DNA from: Azolla caroliniana
Taxonomy: Eukaryota > Plantae > Polypodiophyta
Assembly: GCA_043228905.1 (NCBI GenBank)
Contig: JBHGNT010000008.1
Coordinates: 744,001 to 808,000 of the forward strand
Direction of reading: 5' to 3'
DNA length: 64,000 nucleotides
A program made the position numbers and the translations under genes. The number at the start of each line of letters is the position of its first letter. The first letter of the stretch is position 1. Under the pieces are notes generated by a model. The model had not been told where the DNA came from. It did not search any database and saw only the letters and a program-made list of their open reading frames with translations. Below, piece after piece: positions 62,986 through 64,000 of this stretch.

Positions 62986-64000
62986 AACTCTAGAGGCAAG
63001 TTTCAAAAGTTAGACAATTATCCAAGAGCTCCAATGCCCATGGTTGACACTGTATCAACTCCAAGGCTACGAGATGAGTTGTATGTCTTTATTGTAGCTA
63101 TTTGTGATTTTCTCTTACTCAAATGCCCAATCTCCCCACAAGCACGACAACAAGGATGAGGAGTGAGCATGAAAGAAATCTACTCGCTTTACATGTTACA
63201 AATGGTCATCATTTGGGCAAGAGTTTGACATCTAGCATCTAAAACCTATGTTGTAAATGCTATTGCAGATTTGTAATATTAAGGTGGTTAACAATCCTCA
63301 TCGCCGATGCTTTATAACGTTCATTTTATTAACCTTACATGCTTCAATTTTACATTCAATAACAAGAAAGCATTCTCTACTGGCTCCAATTACCATTTCG
63401 ACTTCAAACAACCGAATCTCAACAAATACTTCAAACATAAATGCAATTTTTTTTTGCATTTGTCAAGAACTATGCTTACAAATTAAACAAATTTATAACT
63501 TATAAACACATGTTTGTGAAGGTGTAGTATAGCAGAATGCATGCATGGATTTACTACGTTCACATTCATCAGATATTCATGCAAACAAATATCAATTTGC
63601 TTTATACAACCAACATGCCATTTGCACCACCATTTATCTGAATTTCACCAATGAAAGAAATAGTTGCAAATTCCAAATCTCTATTGAGTGGAATCTTATT
63701 CCTTTGTTTCAAAAGCCTTATAACAGGCCAGTTTACATACATGACTGCATAGTGTTTGTATTGTAGGAAACATGCTTACCCAGTGACAAACTTGTGATAT
63801 GCCAACTGCACAGTGGGGAAATGTCAATAAACCCTAAATTTACTACCTAGACAATTGCAAATAGCAATATTGTAGGGTCAAAGCACGTCTATAGGAACCT
63901 TACAAAGAGTAGGATCCTTGTATTCATGTGGCTTGCTTCACATACATAACATGTTTCATAATCAGATGATGATGACCAAAACAGAGTTTGAAAACATCAT

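Noticed and set aside
61200-63960. Degenerate DNA-transposon ORF flanking the LINE (DWWE motif on the minus strand)
   Set aside because: Too decayed; no catalytic motif or termini could be identified

Overview
Eukaryotic land-plant nuclear DNA. It is probably from a fern or other non-seed plant, judged from the TE lineages and microsatellite-rich introns; that placement is inference. Five intron-containing host genes can be reconstructed: the 3' end of an NPSN SNARE, a WAT1/UMAMIT transporter, ATG101, an MDP-1 phosphatase and a DUF1640/FMP32/CCDC90 protein. Positions 3587-25113 are a three-level LTR-retrotransposon nest. A decayed Copia contains a minus-strand, fungal-like, tRNA-Trp-primed Gypsy (G1), which contains a solo LTR, a 17-bp TG..CA micro-insert and a very young chromovirus (G2). 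A second, decayed G2-family copy at 41.9-47.7 kb hosts the most striking structure: a ~3.1-kb palindrome of two outward-facing 3' ends (3' internal + PPT + LTR) of a G1-related element, lying downstream of an LTR promoter. This is a candidate natural hairpin-RNA silencer locus. Other unusual signals: tRNA-derived Pol III A/B-box cassettes inside the LTRs of two related families; CG-centred 4-bp target sites at all junctions of that lineage; a -1 frameshift slippery site plus pseudoknot placed after the protease; an array of regularly spaced hairpins inside a predicted 5'-leader intron of G2; TG..TA LTR ends; and a mitochondrial trnS fragment in an intron.
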